Source: Marsupella aquatica
Taxonomy: Eukaryota; Plantae; Marchantiophyta
NCBI GenBank assembly: GCA_973895155.1
Contig: OZ316895.1
Location: 3,769,659-3,833,658 of the forward strand
Length of the DNA: 64,000 nucleotides
Reading direction: 5' to 3'
Part shown: positions 39,745 to 52,674 of the stretch, piece after piece
Numbering within the stretch: the first letter of the stretch is position 1
How the letters are laid out: the number at the start of each line of letters is the position of its first letter
Program-made: the position numbers and the translations under genes
The notes under the pieces: generated by a model
Seen by the model: only the letters and a program-made list of their open reading frames with translations
Databases searched by the model: none
What the model was told of the DNA's origin: nothing

Positions 39745-42700
39745 TCATGGGAGATAGAAAGTGGATGACGCCAATTGCAATCTATTTCCATTATCCTTCC
39801 ACTTTGATTGAGGAGTTGAGGCACCAAGCACAAATACCTGTTTGGAAGCTCAAATTAGTACACTCATGACCTGCAGAAGTTTTCAGTTGATCAATTTCTC
39901 AGTGGTAAACTTGGGCAACAAAGAAAGTAAACTACAGAAGCACATGTACCCGCTCCAGTGAGCCGGATCCCAAACAGATCCTAAAACAATTTTGGAACAC
40001 AATTTCAAAAGATTGATAGGGTACATTGGTGCCTCACATTTCCCTTGGAGACACCTGTTAATAGCATAAAATGCATTCCTTTCACCAGGAACTCGTACAT
40101 GTAGTATGTCCTGGCAAATCAACAGAATTGTTCTTCACATAATGTAGTGATGTTCCAAAACCAAACAATGGCCAGTAACAGAAAACTCCCAACAATTCAA
40201 TTTTTTCAGAACAACGAACACTAGAAACTCTCAGTTAAATTACTCCTTTAGTCATAACAAATTGACGTGTTGTAATAAGCATCTGACAATCAGTAGTTAA
40301 GTGGTCACTGAAGTGTACCTTGGGATCCGAGAAGCTTTAGAATTGATTATCCTGGCAGATAACAGCTTTGATCCCGCTGCAAAGTGCACCAGTCATCCAG
40401 TTGGGATGTCAGTAACCAGACCCATGAGTCCATAACTCCAGACTGGATCGTGCTAACGAAAGCTCTGAAGTGTGTACCCTTATCCCAAGTCCAGTCTCTA
40501 CAATCGGTCCCAACGGGACTATGATTCAACATTCACATATTATTCTCGATTTTTAGATTCAGTGGTTCCTACATGTTTGCTTGCAAATGGCCCTGAGGAT
40601 CGTCTACTCCAATTGGATCTCAAGGGAAAAGGTAGTTCGGCTTACATACGTGGAACAAAATTTGGGGCAGCCTCCTTAATGCTTCCGAAATCGGTTATGT
40701 CTTTGGTCTGCACATGCCGTATCCTGTTCGAACTTAGAATAATATCAGGCTGACTAAACTACGTCCACAGGTATGGTGTGTACCGTGAGGCTCTTATTCC
40801 ATTTCACAAATTCACTCACGTACACCGGCCTGTAGTATCCGTTTAGAAAGTTTGCGCAGTGGGCTTGGAAACGAACGTCAGGACGAGTACTTTCATCGCG
40901 TTCCCAGATGCGTCTCAGAATAGTCAACTATGATTCCTCTATGTAGAACAGAGTTCATGCTGAATCCTTTGGAGAAATAATCAGAGAATGAAATTTGGCT
41001 TTCAGTGTACCTCAAAAAAGGAAAGCCGTAATCGCGATACAGGCTTGATGACAATACTGAGCACTTCAGCCCTGTGTCACCAGAATACTGTGATCAGCGA
41101 TGTGTACAAGATTGACGAACAGTATCAGGTAATACATCACCGCCTTGTCAAGATCATTTAACCAAATCTTGATCCTCTCGTGTTACCAGCAGAAGACAAT
41201 AATTGCAACGACATGTCCAGTGAAGTTTCTCCAGGTTCAGTAACCAGAACTGCTCTACAAAGAAGGTGCTACTTTGAATTGATACTAAAAATTGGAGCAC
41301 ATGTTATTCAAATTAGTGCTCCAGAAGGGGCAGAAAATTACCTGTCTGGAGAAGCAAACCGAGCTGCAAAAGGATTATCTTTGGAGCGTTTACCATAAAG
41401 GTCATCATCGCCCTGAAATTCGTACAACACAGCAGCAATGGCAATCAGAAAGATGAGCATCAGCTACACATGCAAAGGGAGAACTTGCAGTTTTCCAGCT
41501 TTGAACAAACCGTTATTGAGGCAGGCCCTAGGTTATTTGCCTATGAAGGTGAAAACGCTTCTCCTTCATCAAATGCTTCACAGAACTCTTCCCCCATTCT
41601 GATCCGACATTGAAAACTACAGATCTAGCCGTAGATATTTACAGATCTAAACAACAGATGGGAGTTTGCTTACTTCATCTTCTTCATATTCTAAAACATC
41701 TTCATAACCAGGAGGAACTCGGAGGACAAAGCCTTCCCCACGGTATTTGTACCATGACTTCACATCCTCTGCAGGCTGCTGCCGTGATTCAGTCGACCCA
41801 AAATCCCCATTTGCGTTTGTCCCAGTGCTTCCATCAGCTGCTAAGTCGTTCCCAGCCAGATCAGATAATATCGATAAGGAGTGGGCATGCGTTGGAACAG
41901 CCAGAACACCTGCCAAAATCCCACTTAAAAGCAGCCATCCCCGCCTAGAAACAATACCCCGGTTTATGCCCTCCTGATCCTGGTGATCACCTGAGAAGGA
42001 TACAGCAATAGCCAGTTTGCAAGATCGGCGTTCACAAAACGAAGCAGGGCTCTTCACACAATGCAGTTTCCTCACTCGGTCACCCCAGACGGAAGATTTC
42101 AGCTCTTCAACAGCTACCTGAGGCTGCAGACATATGACCCACACATGTATATGAAGTGGTTAAAAGATCGCTCGTACTGGGACTTACACGAGGTGCTTCG
42201 AAAACCATATTTCCAAAAGCATGGTAGGCAGCTTCTTCTGCAACACTTGGCCTGATAATTCCCGAGCTAGTGAGGGCTCTAATCAACACTGACGAAATAA
42301 ATAACAAAGGAAAGAAAAAAGAACCCTCAGCTCCTACATAAACGCAATGACATAATCCATAAGTAGAGCCCAGGGACTCCGGCCAACTGGAAATCTATCG
42401 ACCCAACCGCCACAATACGACCCCCAAAAGCAACTCACACCAGATAAGTTGCACTCACGTCTCGGGGGAGAAACGACTGAAAGAAACTAACAATCTATAT
42501 CCCCATTGGCTTCTAGATTGTCAAATCTCTCAAGTGAGGCACTCATTCTACGTGGACACCTCCACCACAATCTCGAGAGAAATACACAGGACCTGAGTTT
42601 TACTTCTGAAGCTTGCAAGGCGTGTCATAGGTTGTACATCAAGGACACTGTTCAGTCTTTCAAATACACTTGGAAAACCAATTTCTACGGTACAGTACGC

Positions 42701-43050
42701 ACAGCCCAACACAGATTTGCAGACAGGTAGCAGAAAATTATTTTTATGCTGGAAAAAATCCTAAGAGTCCAACGGATGACAACGCCAAACATTGGAGACC
42801 ACGAATTATTGTCACGCAGACCACAGAAAAGATTCTATTGAATGACCACTTCTCTACTACAGTAGATACGAACACCGGAAACCCAGCTAAAATGGCAAAA
42901 TAGGGGGGAACGGCACCGGACAGTCCTCGAATCTCCCAAAGAGCGCTCGCTATGGCCTCCCATCGAGATCCACACCTGGGTTGCAGCCGTCTGCGACGCA
43001 GCAACGGATCTGAGAACAGAACCGATGATCGTAGCTGAAACCGCGGCCAT
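39745..43050 (-). CDS. PPD8: PsbP-domain thylakoid lumen protein, PPD8-like (Mog1/PsbP fold), Tat-targeted
   Basis: Twin-arginine signal SRRGWLLL..., then WYKYRGEGFVLRVPPGYED / LYGKRSKDNPFAARFASPDR / AEVLSIVIKP / TKDITDFGSIKEAA / RTYYMYEF / VFVLGASTPQSKWKDNG. Exons: 41674-~42120, 41342-41412, 41011-41071, 40650-40707, 40319-40376, 40038-40110, 39745-39837. Probable first exon 42976-43050 (MAAVSATIIGSVLRSVAASQTAATQ) and possible exon 42188-42251; the 5' structure is less certain. Confidence 0.88.
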
Positions 43051-43659
43051 CTCCAACAAGAACAGCTGCAACGAAGTGATGACAGAGTCGCAACTCCTGC
43101 TCCGCTCTTCCTGGCCAAAAGCAAGGCCTCGTCACTCGGCTGATTCTCTTTGCTTCTGTACGCTAAACCTCAGCTGTTTTGCTCTCGTGCAGCTCAATTT
43201 CCAAACTCTATCGACCTTCTATTCGTTTCCGCTGGATTCCTTTGGCTCAAATTCTTCTTTCGATTTCCTGCTTCGTTCTGACGATTTCCTGTTTCCTTCA
43301 ATCTTCTCTCGATGAAATCCAATTTATTAGTTGGAGAAGAAATTACACTGACAGTCCAAGATCTTCTTCGTCTACCCACCGAGATGCTTGTTTTCTCTGC
43401 TGCTGCGAGATTTGGATCACTGGACCATGGAATGCGATTATTGTACCATGGATGTTGCGAGATTGGATCAGTGGACCATGGATTGGGATTATCGTACTCT
43501 GGATGAAAGGCGGACAGGATAATACATACATTAATTAATTACTAGTGATAACTATGGAAAGTAGTGCACATCTACACCCTTCTCTGCAATTAGTGTTATG
43601 GAAGAGTTATGGAAGAAGGAGCCCAATGCCTCTGAGTCGGAGAGAACATGTTGAGGAGA

Positions 43660-43765
43660 GGGAAAGATATTGAGATGAGATAAAGATATTTATGCAAGAT
43701 AAAGATGTTTATGCAAGATAAAAATGTAGAGGTGAGTTTAGATATTGAGGCGAGGCAAAGATATC
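43660..43765. repeat. ~18-bp minisatellite (aagataaagatrtttatgc)
   Basis: Visible tandem copies. Confidence 0.7.
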
Positions 43766-44476
43766 TTTTGTCACGTGAATATGTTGTGGTCGGGGAGGAT
43801 AATTGTGAGGGTGTAGGGACATGAGATAGCCATCATTGCGTCACAGAGTCCAAACATGACAGAAGGGAATATTTTTTGTTTCAATTTTTTCCTCTTGTCA
43901 TTTAAGTTTTAAGGAAATAAATATTTTCTTTATGTTTTCTTCAAATTGATTTTCAAACTGCCACTAGCCATATAAAAGGGGGAAGTGTCCAAGAATTCTC
44001 CCTTTTTCACATTAGGGCATGTCAAAGAACTCCCATAAGCAAATTCTTATGGCCTTGGGTTTCTGGACATATCATCCCTTATGGGGTTTGAGTTTTTGGA
44101 CTTATCATCCTGAATGGGTTATGTATTTTGGTAGCCCATAACTACTTTGTCCTGGCCATAAAAACACTTAATGTCAGTATCAGCCCTGTTTTGACACTCC
44201 CTATTCCACCCTTTTGTCTCTGCTACACCATTTCAAGGAAAGGGTACTATTTATGGTCAAACCTATTAGTCATGGCTAGTGTTAGATTTAAGAGAAGTAG
44301 AGAACTATGTGAACATGTGTTAGCTTTAGTGCCACTGGGGTTTGTTCTCCACATACTCTAGGTCCATGACTCCAAAGGACATATCATCAGCAAGATTAAT
44401 CCAAATCATTCAAATCATGCTCTTGGGCAGGTCAGAAAAGCTGGCTGCTGGGTTAGGTATGCCTGTTCAATGGGCA

Positions 44477-45125
44477 GGGTTACAACTGCAGCATTGTTTC
44501 GCTTTCTGTTTTATTTATAGGATAAGGACGGTTTCGCTTTCTGTTTTATTTATAGGATAAGGACGGTTTGGTCTGGGTTACTTTACTGGTCTGTAACCCT
44601 CTGATCAGAAAATGAAGAAATGCTGACCAGCAGCGGCCAGGGTTACAACTGCAGGATTGTTTCGCTTTCTGTTTTATTTATAGGATAAGGACGGTTTGGT
44701 CTGGGGTTACTTTGGTCTGGGGTTACTTGTCTGGGGTTACTCGTCTGTCTGGGGTTACTTTGGGTTGGGGTTACTTTGGTCTGGGGTTACTTTACTGGAC
44801 TGAAACCCTCTGATCAGAAAATGAAGAAATGCTGACCAGCAGCGGCCAGGGTTACAACTGCAGGATTGTTTCGCTTTCTGTTTTATTTATAGGATAAGGA
44901 CGGTTTGGTCTGGGGTTACTTTGGTCTGGGGTTACTTGTCTGGGGTTACTCGTCTGTCTGGGGTTACTTTGGGTTGGGGTTACTTTGGTCTGGGGTTACT
45001 TTACTGGACTGAAACCCTCTGATCAGAAAATGAAGAAATGCTGACCAGCAGCGGCCAGGAAGGTTGTCTGTAACACTTTGTTCAGAATGTGAAGAAATGC
45101 TGACCACCAGCAGCCAGGAAGGTTT
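44477..45125. repeat. Nested tandem array: ~208-bp near-identical units containing (ggtctggggttacttt)n
   Basis: ctctgatcagaaaatgaagaaatgctgaccagcagcggccagg at ~44600, 44808 and 45016, with internal 16-bp repeats. Confidence 0.95.
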
Positions 45126-45525
45126 TCTGGACTTTGTGGGAACAGATTTCAGACTAGAACCCCTGCCCAAAGAGTCATTATCATACCTGCCTGGAAAAAA
45201 GATTAACGTGTAAGACTTTCTGGGCACCAAGTAGAAAAGTCTGCACACACTTTCTGGGCACCTAGTAGAAAAGTTTACACACGGGTAACCGTTCTGCCTG
45301 ACAGGAATTCCAGGGTAATTCGAGGAGAGGACGAGGACGTCCACAGCACCTTGAAGAAGAGATTAATCGAGCCACGGGCAGGAACAAGATCAATCTGAAG
45401 ATAACCAGTTGCATATTATCCTGGACGCTAAAATGACCATCGGAAACAAAGTACTTGCTGTGCCAAACCTTTGCAACTGTCGGAGAGACAGCTAATCCTC
45501 GAAGAAAATATTTAGAGAGCTAAGC

Positions 45526-45707
45526 AGCATCCAGACCAATTCTTGGGCTGCCATGCTTTACTCTCATTCATACCAGAAGCACTTTACATTTATTCCACTA
45601 GAAAATGAGTAGACACAGCATCCAGACCAATTCTTGGGCTGCCATGCTTTACTCGGGTTCATACCAGAAGCACTTTACATTTATTCCACTAGAAAATGAG
45701 TAGACAC
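45526..45707. repeat. 91-bp tandem duplication
   Basis: cagcatccagaccaattcttgggctgccatgc...aaaatgagtagacac occurs twice. Confidence 0.95.
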
Positions 45708-46648
45708 CAAAACACCAGACCCACTTCGGCTGTTCTCCAATGTGTCACATTGGAGGTCGAGCAAGTCCTACGTTGCACACTAAATTTGTCTTACGATGTT
45801 ACAATTCTTGGGCGGAAGAGTATGTATATGAGGGTTGCTCCAAAGCACTACTGTCAATCATCCTATGTTCAAGCGGCAAGCAAAACCGAAGACGAAAAAC
45901 TGAAGGGCGACAATTGTCAGTCAGAATGTAGAGAATCAGATAGGTACTTTTGGTAGTTCTCATTTCGAGACACAAGTACTGAAATTAAGTTAGTAATCTT
46001 CTATGCTACAGGAGCTTGGACAGTATCTGCCTTCGAGCAGTGAAGGGTTGGTTTACTGGTAGACACTAAACTTTTTCGGGTGGCTGTGTCATGCTAGTCT
46101 AGGACATAAAAACTACCCAAAACTACAAGCTTGGAACCGTACCTTTGATCTCGTAATCCTCCAATCCCGTCAAGTTCGAGATACGCTACGACTAAAACTG
46201 CCAAGTTGTTCACAGAAATAGCTGGTTAAGTGAAACTGATAAAGCCTAGAAAACCTGGAATGTACTCAGGCACATCTCACCTTTCCTTCCACTTTACGGA
46301 AGAGCTCAGGCACACGCATCCACCACTAGGATCTCAGATAAACGAAGATTTGCTAACTTTGGATGTCTCCGTTATGTCTGGGTGTGCTCGAGCTTCTGCT
46401 TTGAAATTGGATTCAGAAACACTCTGCCACCTCCTGCCTCTGGCCAGCCCTTGCAACTTTATCCAGTAAATGCTTGACAGCAATAAGTGCGAGAAGCACA
46501 AAGGACACAAGCAAAAAACAACAAAAATGGGCGAGATGCCCAAAAGTGAATGGAAGCATGGCCTTCATATTGGACATCTCATTAATGACACATGATCGAA
46601 GTAATTGACAGGAGAACCGTTTTTTTTTCTTAAGATGGTTCAATTTGA

Positions 46649-49529
46649 TCAGTCGAAACTCTGGATTTTCAAGGACGTCCGTTTGAACTTGAGAGGAGTG
46701 GTGGAAATATTCATGTGCTGTCGAGTATAAAATTCTGAAAAGTCTAATCTAAATGAAAGGAATTTCAAGTCTACGTGCTGTTGTGCAGGAAGCTGGGCAA
46801 TGAACCCCTCTAGAAGAGATGAGTACTCAAAAGCTACGTCGTCCATCTCCTCTCCAATCCCTGTCAAGAAGTCTCCCGATGGGGATGTGGACGATGAATT
46901 CCTCACATGAGATCTTGCTAAAGACAGCTCCTTCTTGACCCTATGTCTGGCAATACTTTGGCTTCTGCAGAGGCACGTTGCACTGATTTTAGAAATATAT
47001 CAAAACACATATGGTGCTCAATCTTCAATTATGTTAATGAACATGACGAGCTCATGAATCTCAAAAGCGAATGTACTTAAAGGAGGTGGTGATTTTGGAT
47101 TACCTGGACTCCACTTCTCGTGCGTTCTCGAAAAGGCGGTCAGCAAGTCCCCTGAACCGGAGAATCAGATCGAACAGCGTGAACAGTGTTTTGCATAGCA
47201 GCTGAGATCGCTCACCAAGAAGACCTTTCTCTAAGATTGAGCCAAGGTACTTGTCATGGGCAGTGATCAAGTCATCAAGGTCGTGGGCCTCCTCCATTTC
47301 CTCACAAAAATTTGCCCAAGAAAATTCAAGAACCTCAAACATGATGTAGTATTGTAAATTGGTGACAAAATGATTCATTTCATTTCTAAGTGTTTGGCAT
47401 CGCCTCAGCACCACTGTGAGTGCCGACTTCGCCCGTATATCATCAGTTGCCGTCAGTCGTGCTACAGAGCAATTTGGCTTCATGGTTTGCCATGTCGCAC
47501 TTAGAGCATGTTCTACTCGCTTGAGCCTCCAGAGAAAGTTGAAAATTCTCAGGTATTTCGTCATGACATCCTCTGTGAAAACAGTAGTCAAGGGACCCTG
47601 TGCATGATAATCCAACGAAAACACATCCCATCCTCTGTCCCCGTCGTCGTGGGGCATCATTTTTACTCTTAACTTGTCTAATATGTCACTATCGTCGTAT
47701 TGTGCATTTGAAGCTCTGATGGCACTCTCCAACGTGCCGGAGAGCTTGAATGAGCTAAACGTGTTGGCAGGCATCGATAATTCTGGCCCCACAAGATCCA
47801 TCAAGTACTGGATGAAGTCCCCCTGACCCAAAAGTAAATATCTCTTGATAGCCAGACACTGATCTCGGAATTTGTACCGGTTATACACAATCTCGATGAG
47901 GTGACGATCAATTCTCCGAGCTGCTTCTACTACTAGAGTCTCCAGAGCATCTGTCTCACCGTAGCCAAGACCTCCACCGCCATTGGCAGAAGCTTGACCG
48001 CTTGCCACAGCAGTTGCTGCAGCTTTGGCCCAGTCTTGGTCCTCACAGCAAACCCTTAAAAAATTGATTGACTTCCCAGTTCGTAAAATGCTCTGTGCCA
48101 CGGGTTCTGGTATGAAGGAGGGGAGCATGGACGTCTGCAGCTGGTACCCTTCACGCCAGAGAGCTTCTGATTTGACAGACTGAGCTACTATGAAGAACTC
48201 CCCATGAAGATCATCTACCTCTCCCTCGAGCACCCATCTCCGAACCATCTCAAAAAGTGGGGCACAGACTCTGCGCAACAAGCGCTTCAAGAAGCTCCGG
48301 ATCAAGGGGTCACCATGTTGAGCGTGCATATGAATTGCCCCAGCCATAGCACCCCCTCTCAACGTCTTGCAGTCGTCCACCAGCACAGCCATCAACCGCA
48401 TTCTCATAAGAGGCTCTGCCAGCCAGACTGCCAACCGGCGAAGTGACAGATAGTTTCCCCCATTTCCATACTCCTCATTCGCCATCAAGGGAATTTGGTT
48501 GTGCACTTGTGTCTCCAACACGGCCATCAAGCGGTAGTAATCCCCTAACTCCTCCTGTAGAGCTGCACAGAATGCCTGCCCCACAGTGCCAACTGCTTCC
48601 AGCGGCCCATCCTCCAAACTCTCAGAGATATGATTCCTAACCCGGCGAAAAAGCCACCCAACCTCGCAAAGTCGCCGAACCAGAACCCTCGTTGTTTTCG
48701 CTACTTTGAGAGACTCTTCAATGACAAAGCCGTCCGCCTCTTTGTCAAATTTCACATAGCGTCCATCGATGCCTTGGCAAGCGTAAACCACATCCCGGAC
48801 CAGTGCCCCTTCTGACACTTCCGATTCCAGCTGACAAATCTCCACATATTCTCTGATTGCGAGGGACCTCGCATTCGCAGCATCCTTTGACAGTATGAGC
48901 ACACCACCACCGTGAGCTGCACTGTGGTGGTCCAACCCAGCTGACTGAGGCTTGGCAGGATTCAACAATGTATGATGATGGTGATGCACGGTGCCGTTTC
49001 CGGAGACACGCTGAGGGGATGAGTTTGATCGGAATACACCGTTGGGGAGCTTAGGGTGCTCGAAAGTGTCCGATAGGGTTTGGAGTCCTCCCACCACGCC
49101 AGGGACGGAGAGAGTGGAAGTCAGGCCCACGGCAGAGCCCCTGGTTTGTGACCCTTCTCGTCTCTGGTCCTCTGAGACGGCACGGAGGAGATAGAGCACC
49201 GCCCACCTGTTCTCCACACTACCAGGGCCGGTCTGGGACGCGAAGCGTCTGTGCAGGTCGGCAAATGTGAGCGCATCGGAGGACCTTCCCTCTTGCACCA
49301 GCTTCCGCTTGATAGCCTCTCCCATGGCGACCTCATCGTTGACGAGAGAGGGTGCAATTCGGCTACCGATGATGCGCATTGCGTACTGAACTGCCCTCTC
49401 TGCAACTGCGGAGTTGCCTCCACCATTTTGATGCTGCGGCTGCTTTTCGTTTGAATAGGGCGGCGGAGTGCTGGGCAACACCCTCGCTACCAGCTGCTTC
49501 ACCAGATCCGCAACGACCTCCCCGTCCAT
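46649..49529 (-). CDS. GCP3: Gamma-tubulin complex component 3 (Spc98 family), ~913 aa
   Basis: GRIP1/GRIP2 motifs (LVRDVVYACQGIDGRYVKFD, LCEVGWLF, ILRTGKSINFLR, AIKRYLLLGQGDF, GDRGWDVFSLDY, LKFLSFRLDFSEFY). Two exons, 47104-49529 and 46649-46964, joined by a GT-AG intron; 2742 nt, in frame. Confidence 0.96.
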
Positions 49530-50354
49530 GAGAAACCAATCAATTCCTATCACACTTTCCTCCTCCTTCTTTCATATGACCACCCAATGCCTGTCATCTT
49601 ACTGCTGCGCCATTAGCCCGAATCCATCATTTTTTCTCCAGTCTCCTCAAAACCATCGCCAAAACGCTCTCCTGCATATCCTGGCCCTGGCCTCGTACCT
49701 GCTGCATAGTTCCCGCGTCCATCAATCAGACAGCAGACAAGACGTTCGAAATTGCCAGAACAATGCCATCTCGAACAAGAAGAGGAGAAGAAGAGATGGA
49801 AAGAAGAAGCAAAGCATAAGAAGAAAAACAAGAAGACAATGAGCAAGATGAAGATATAAAAAGAAAGGAGAAGATAAAAGCAGAGCAGACGAGACAAGAA
49901 ACGCACAAAACGCACAAAACGGAATTCGGCACCCAAAACTCAAAACTCTCGCGTGAATGCAAAAATACCTTCAACCTTCCCGACTCCTCGATTCCTTCTT
50001 TGGCCGAGCTGACTATCCCACCCTGCTCAGGCAGCTCCACTCTACTCTCGAAACGCGCGGCACCAGCTCAGAAGTACGATCTGGTCCACCCCCTTCTCAG
50101 TACGTTCAAGACAGAACAACTCCAGCTCCTGATCAACTCTATCTACAGTCAGTCACTCGGAGCAGCACCGCCGTACCAGCATTGTTGTGTTGATCATTCC
50201 CTCGGCCCCCAAGCCTACTCCCAGCGCTAAGACACACATTCTTTCGGCCTAATCGAGTCAAGCCGGTGCTCGTATGACTTCTTCTTCGTATACCTCCTCC
50301 TCCTATCCTGCCTTCTGCGAGCCAACCAACCAACCAACCAAAACCCGATTTGCT

Positions 50355-50370
50355 TGAGAGACTCAGAGAG

Positions 50371-50407
<37 letters not shown>

Positions 50408-50590
50408 GACAAAGTACGAGAGAGAGAGAGAACGAGACAAAGAACGAGAGAGAGAGAGAAAACGGGAGAGAGAAGCGAATTGCTTGCTTGAAGGCGAGAG
50501 AGAGAGAGAGAGAGAGAGAGCAGAATAATTGCTTGATTGAAGGAGAGACCCGAATTGCGAGCGAGAGAGGGAGAGAGGGAGAGAGGCGAG
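50355..50590. repeat. (GA)n/(CT)n microsatellite tract in the GCP3 promoter/5' leader
   Basis: Multiple GA runs ~0.8-1 kb upstream of the GCP3 ATG; typical of plant 5' leaders. Confidence 0.85.
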
Positions 50591-52149
50591 GGCGGGTATT
50601 CAAATTGCCGAACAAGACTCGAAGCGAACGAATCGAAGAAGCTTTCTTCGTGCGTGCGTGCGAGTTTACCACTTTACGGCCTCCAAACGATTGTACCGCC
50701 AAAATGGGACCACTGTTGAGCTTGCTTATTTTCGGACTCCCATGCTCTTAGTATTGCCTATTGAGACTCGTGTAATACGACTAAGGGTCAGGCGGAGACT
50801 CGCTTGACCCACTTTGGTCTTGGCAATGCTTGCATGGACCGTTTAATGTATATTTTAATGAGTCGGCAGGGGGTTACTAGGGTGTAACCCTGTGACCAGA
50901 AAGTAAAGAATAGTTGGTTGGTGGATTACAGAAAGCTTTCTTGAGCGTTTGGGTTCAAACTAAAACCCCAACCCATACCATCTCTATGGTATGCAAGTGA
51001 GGTATGGTAAAGAGTTATTGATCATGAGTTTCTGGGTAACAAATTATGGAAATAGCAAGGACCTCCACAAATTATTACACACCAATAACCTATATTTTGC
51101 ATATATGAGCAAGTTTTGGACTTGTTTGTTTGGTATTTCACTTCTAGTAGTCATGGGTTTAGCATTTAATGTTGTCCTGTAGCTTAGTATGGCTTGGGGA
51201 TTTTTGACTCTCATCACTATGACCCTGCATTAAGAATGTTCAAAAAAGCCCAGGTGCCACCGCTTAGCTTGTTCTCACATTCCGGACAGAGGGTTACAGC
51301 CTAGTAAGCCCTGCTTCATCTCACATTCTGGGACACAGGGTTACAAGCCTAGTAAGCCCCCACCCCCCGGTTTGAACTTGTTGGACAAATTGGGTCATTG
51401 GCGACCGACATCCAACACATGTCGTCCCGATCGATCCCGGCCGGGTAACCGTGGTCGGGTCGGGTGAGAGTTGGGTCGGTCAGAGGGAGTCGACGGGAGT
51501 TGGGGGTGGGCGGTGCAGGCGGTCGGGAGGCAGTAGGTCGGTCAGGGGTTCGGGAGTCCATGGTCGGTCGGGGGGGTCAGTCGGGGGCGGGTATTCGGGT
51601 TTAGGGGGAGGTCGGGTGAGAGTCGGGGGCGGGGGTCAGAGTGAAAGGTCGGGTGGAGGTCGGGGTGAAAGGTCGGGAGCCGGGGGCGGGTCGGGTGGGA
51701 GTCGGTCGGGTGGGGGTCGGGCAGGGGTTGGTTGGGTGGGGGTCGGCGGGAGTCGGTCGGGGGAGGGATCGGGAGTAGATTTAGGGTTCGCGAGGAAAGT
51801 CGGGCGATTAGGGTTTGTGCCGGCCGGGAGGCAGTCGGGAGGCCGAAGCGGGGGGAGAGGGGATAAAAGGGGAAGAGGCCCAACCTCCTCCCTCATTGTG
51901 TTTGTTTTGCAGGAGGAGAGTGGAGAAGGAGGGGAGGAGAAGGAGGGGAGGAGGAGGAGAGGAAGACATAAGGTAAGGTTTTGTTTTTAGTTTTATGTTT
52001 GGTTTATTTTTTGTATGTGTTTAGTGTTTTTTTTTGTATGTTGGTGTTATGTTTTGTATTTTGTATTGGTTCACTTGTGTTTCCTTTGTCATTTGTAACT
52101 TTATTTTTAGATAAATGGAGGGATATAAAGAGAATCCTGTACGTGTGTG

Positions 52150-52465
52150 TTTGGCGCTTCGGCTCGACATGTGGTATTTCGTACAGGAGTCTCTAATATC
52201 ACCTTAACAATTTATGATCATTTGTAAATTGAGTGAAACGTTTATGCCGATAGAGAAACCCATGTACGCAGGCTTGGAGTTTCGGCTCAGCATGTGATAT
52301 TTTGCATGGGTGTCACGATTTGCTGAAAATGTTTTCACTCGATCGACAAATGGTTCTTAAATTATAGATATCACCTAGATTGAAGTAAGAATGTTATAAC
52401 CTTGAAAGAAAAGAAAATTGTTGTGCCTATGTTTGGAGCTTTGGCTCGGCATGGGATAATTCACA
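52150..52465 (+). repeat. Three dispersed subterminal copies of TTGGMGYTTYGGCTC..CATG upstream of the kinase
   Basis: Copies at ~52151, ~52273 and ~52433. Confidence 0.7.
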
Positions 52466-52674
52466 ATTGTATTCTCCCTTCTTTTATCGTTGTGACATTC
52501 AAAACATTAATAAGAATGAAATGAAATAAAAGTATAAAATGGGAGAGATAGTGCGTAACAATTCATCTCGATCCGTGAATTTCAGGGTTTCTTTGTCGAT
52601 AGTTTATTGGAAGAATTATTTTGGAGTGGTAAGGTTTTACTCCTTTCACCACGTATCATTCCGGTGAAGCCACA

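Noticed and set aside
50139-50751. (ER)n / (SL)n ORFs
   Set aside because: Translations of the GA microsatellite.
51349-51990. Gly-rich and Pro-rich ORFs
   Set aside because: Shadows of the GGTCGG subterminal repeats.
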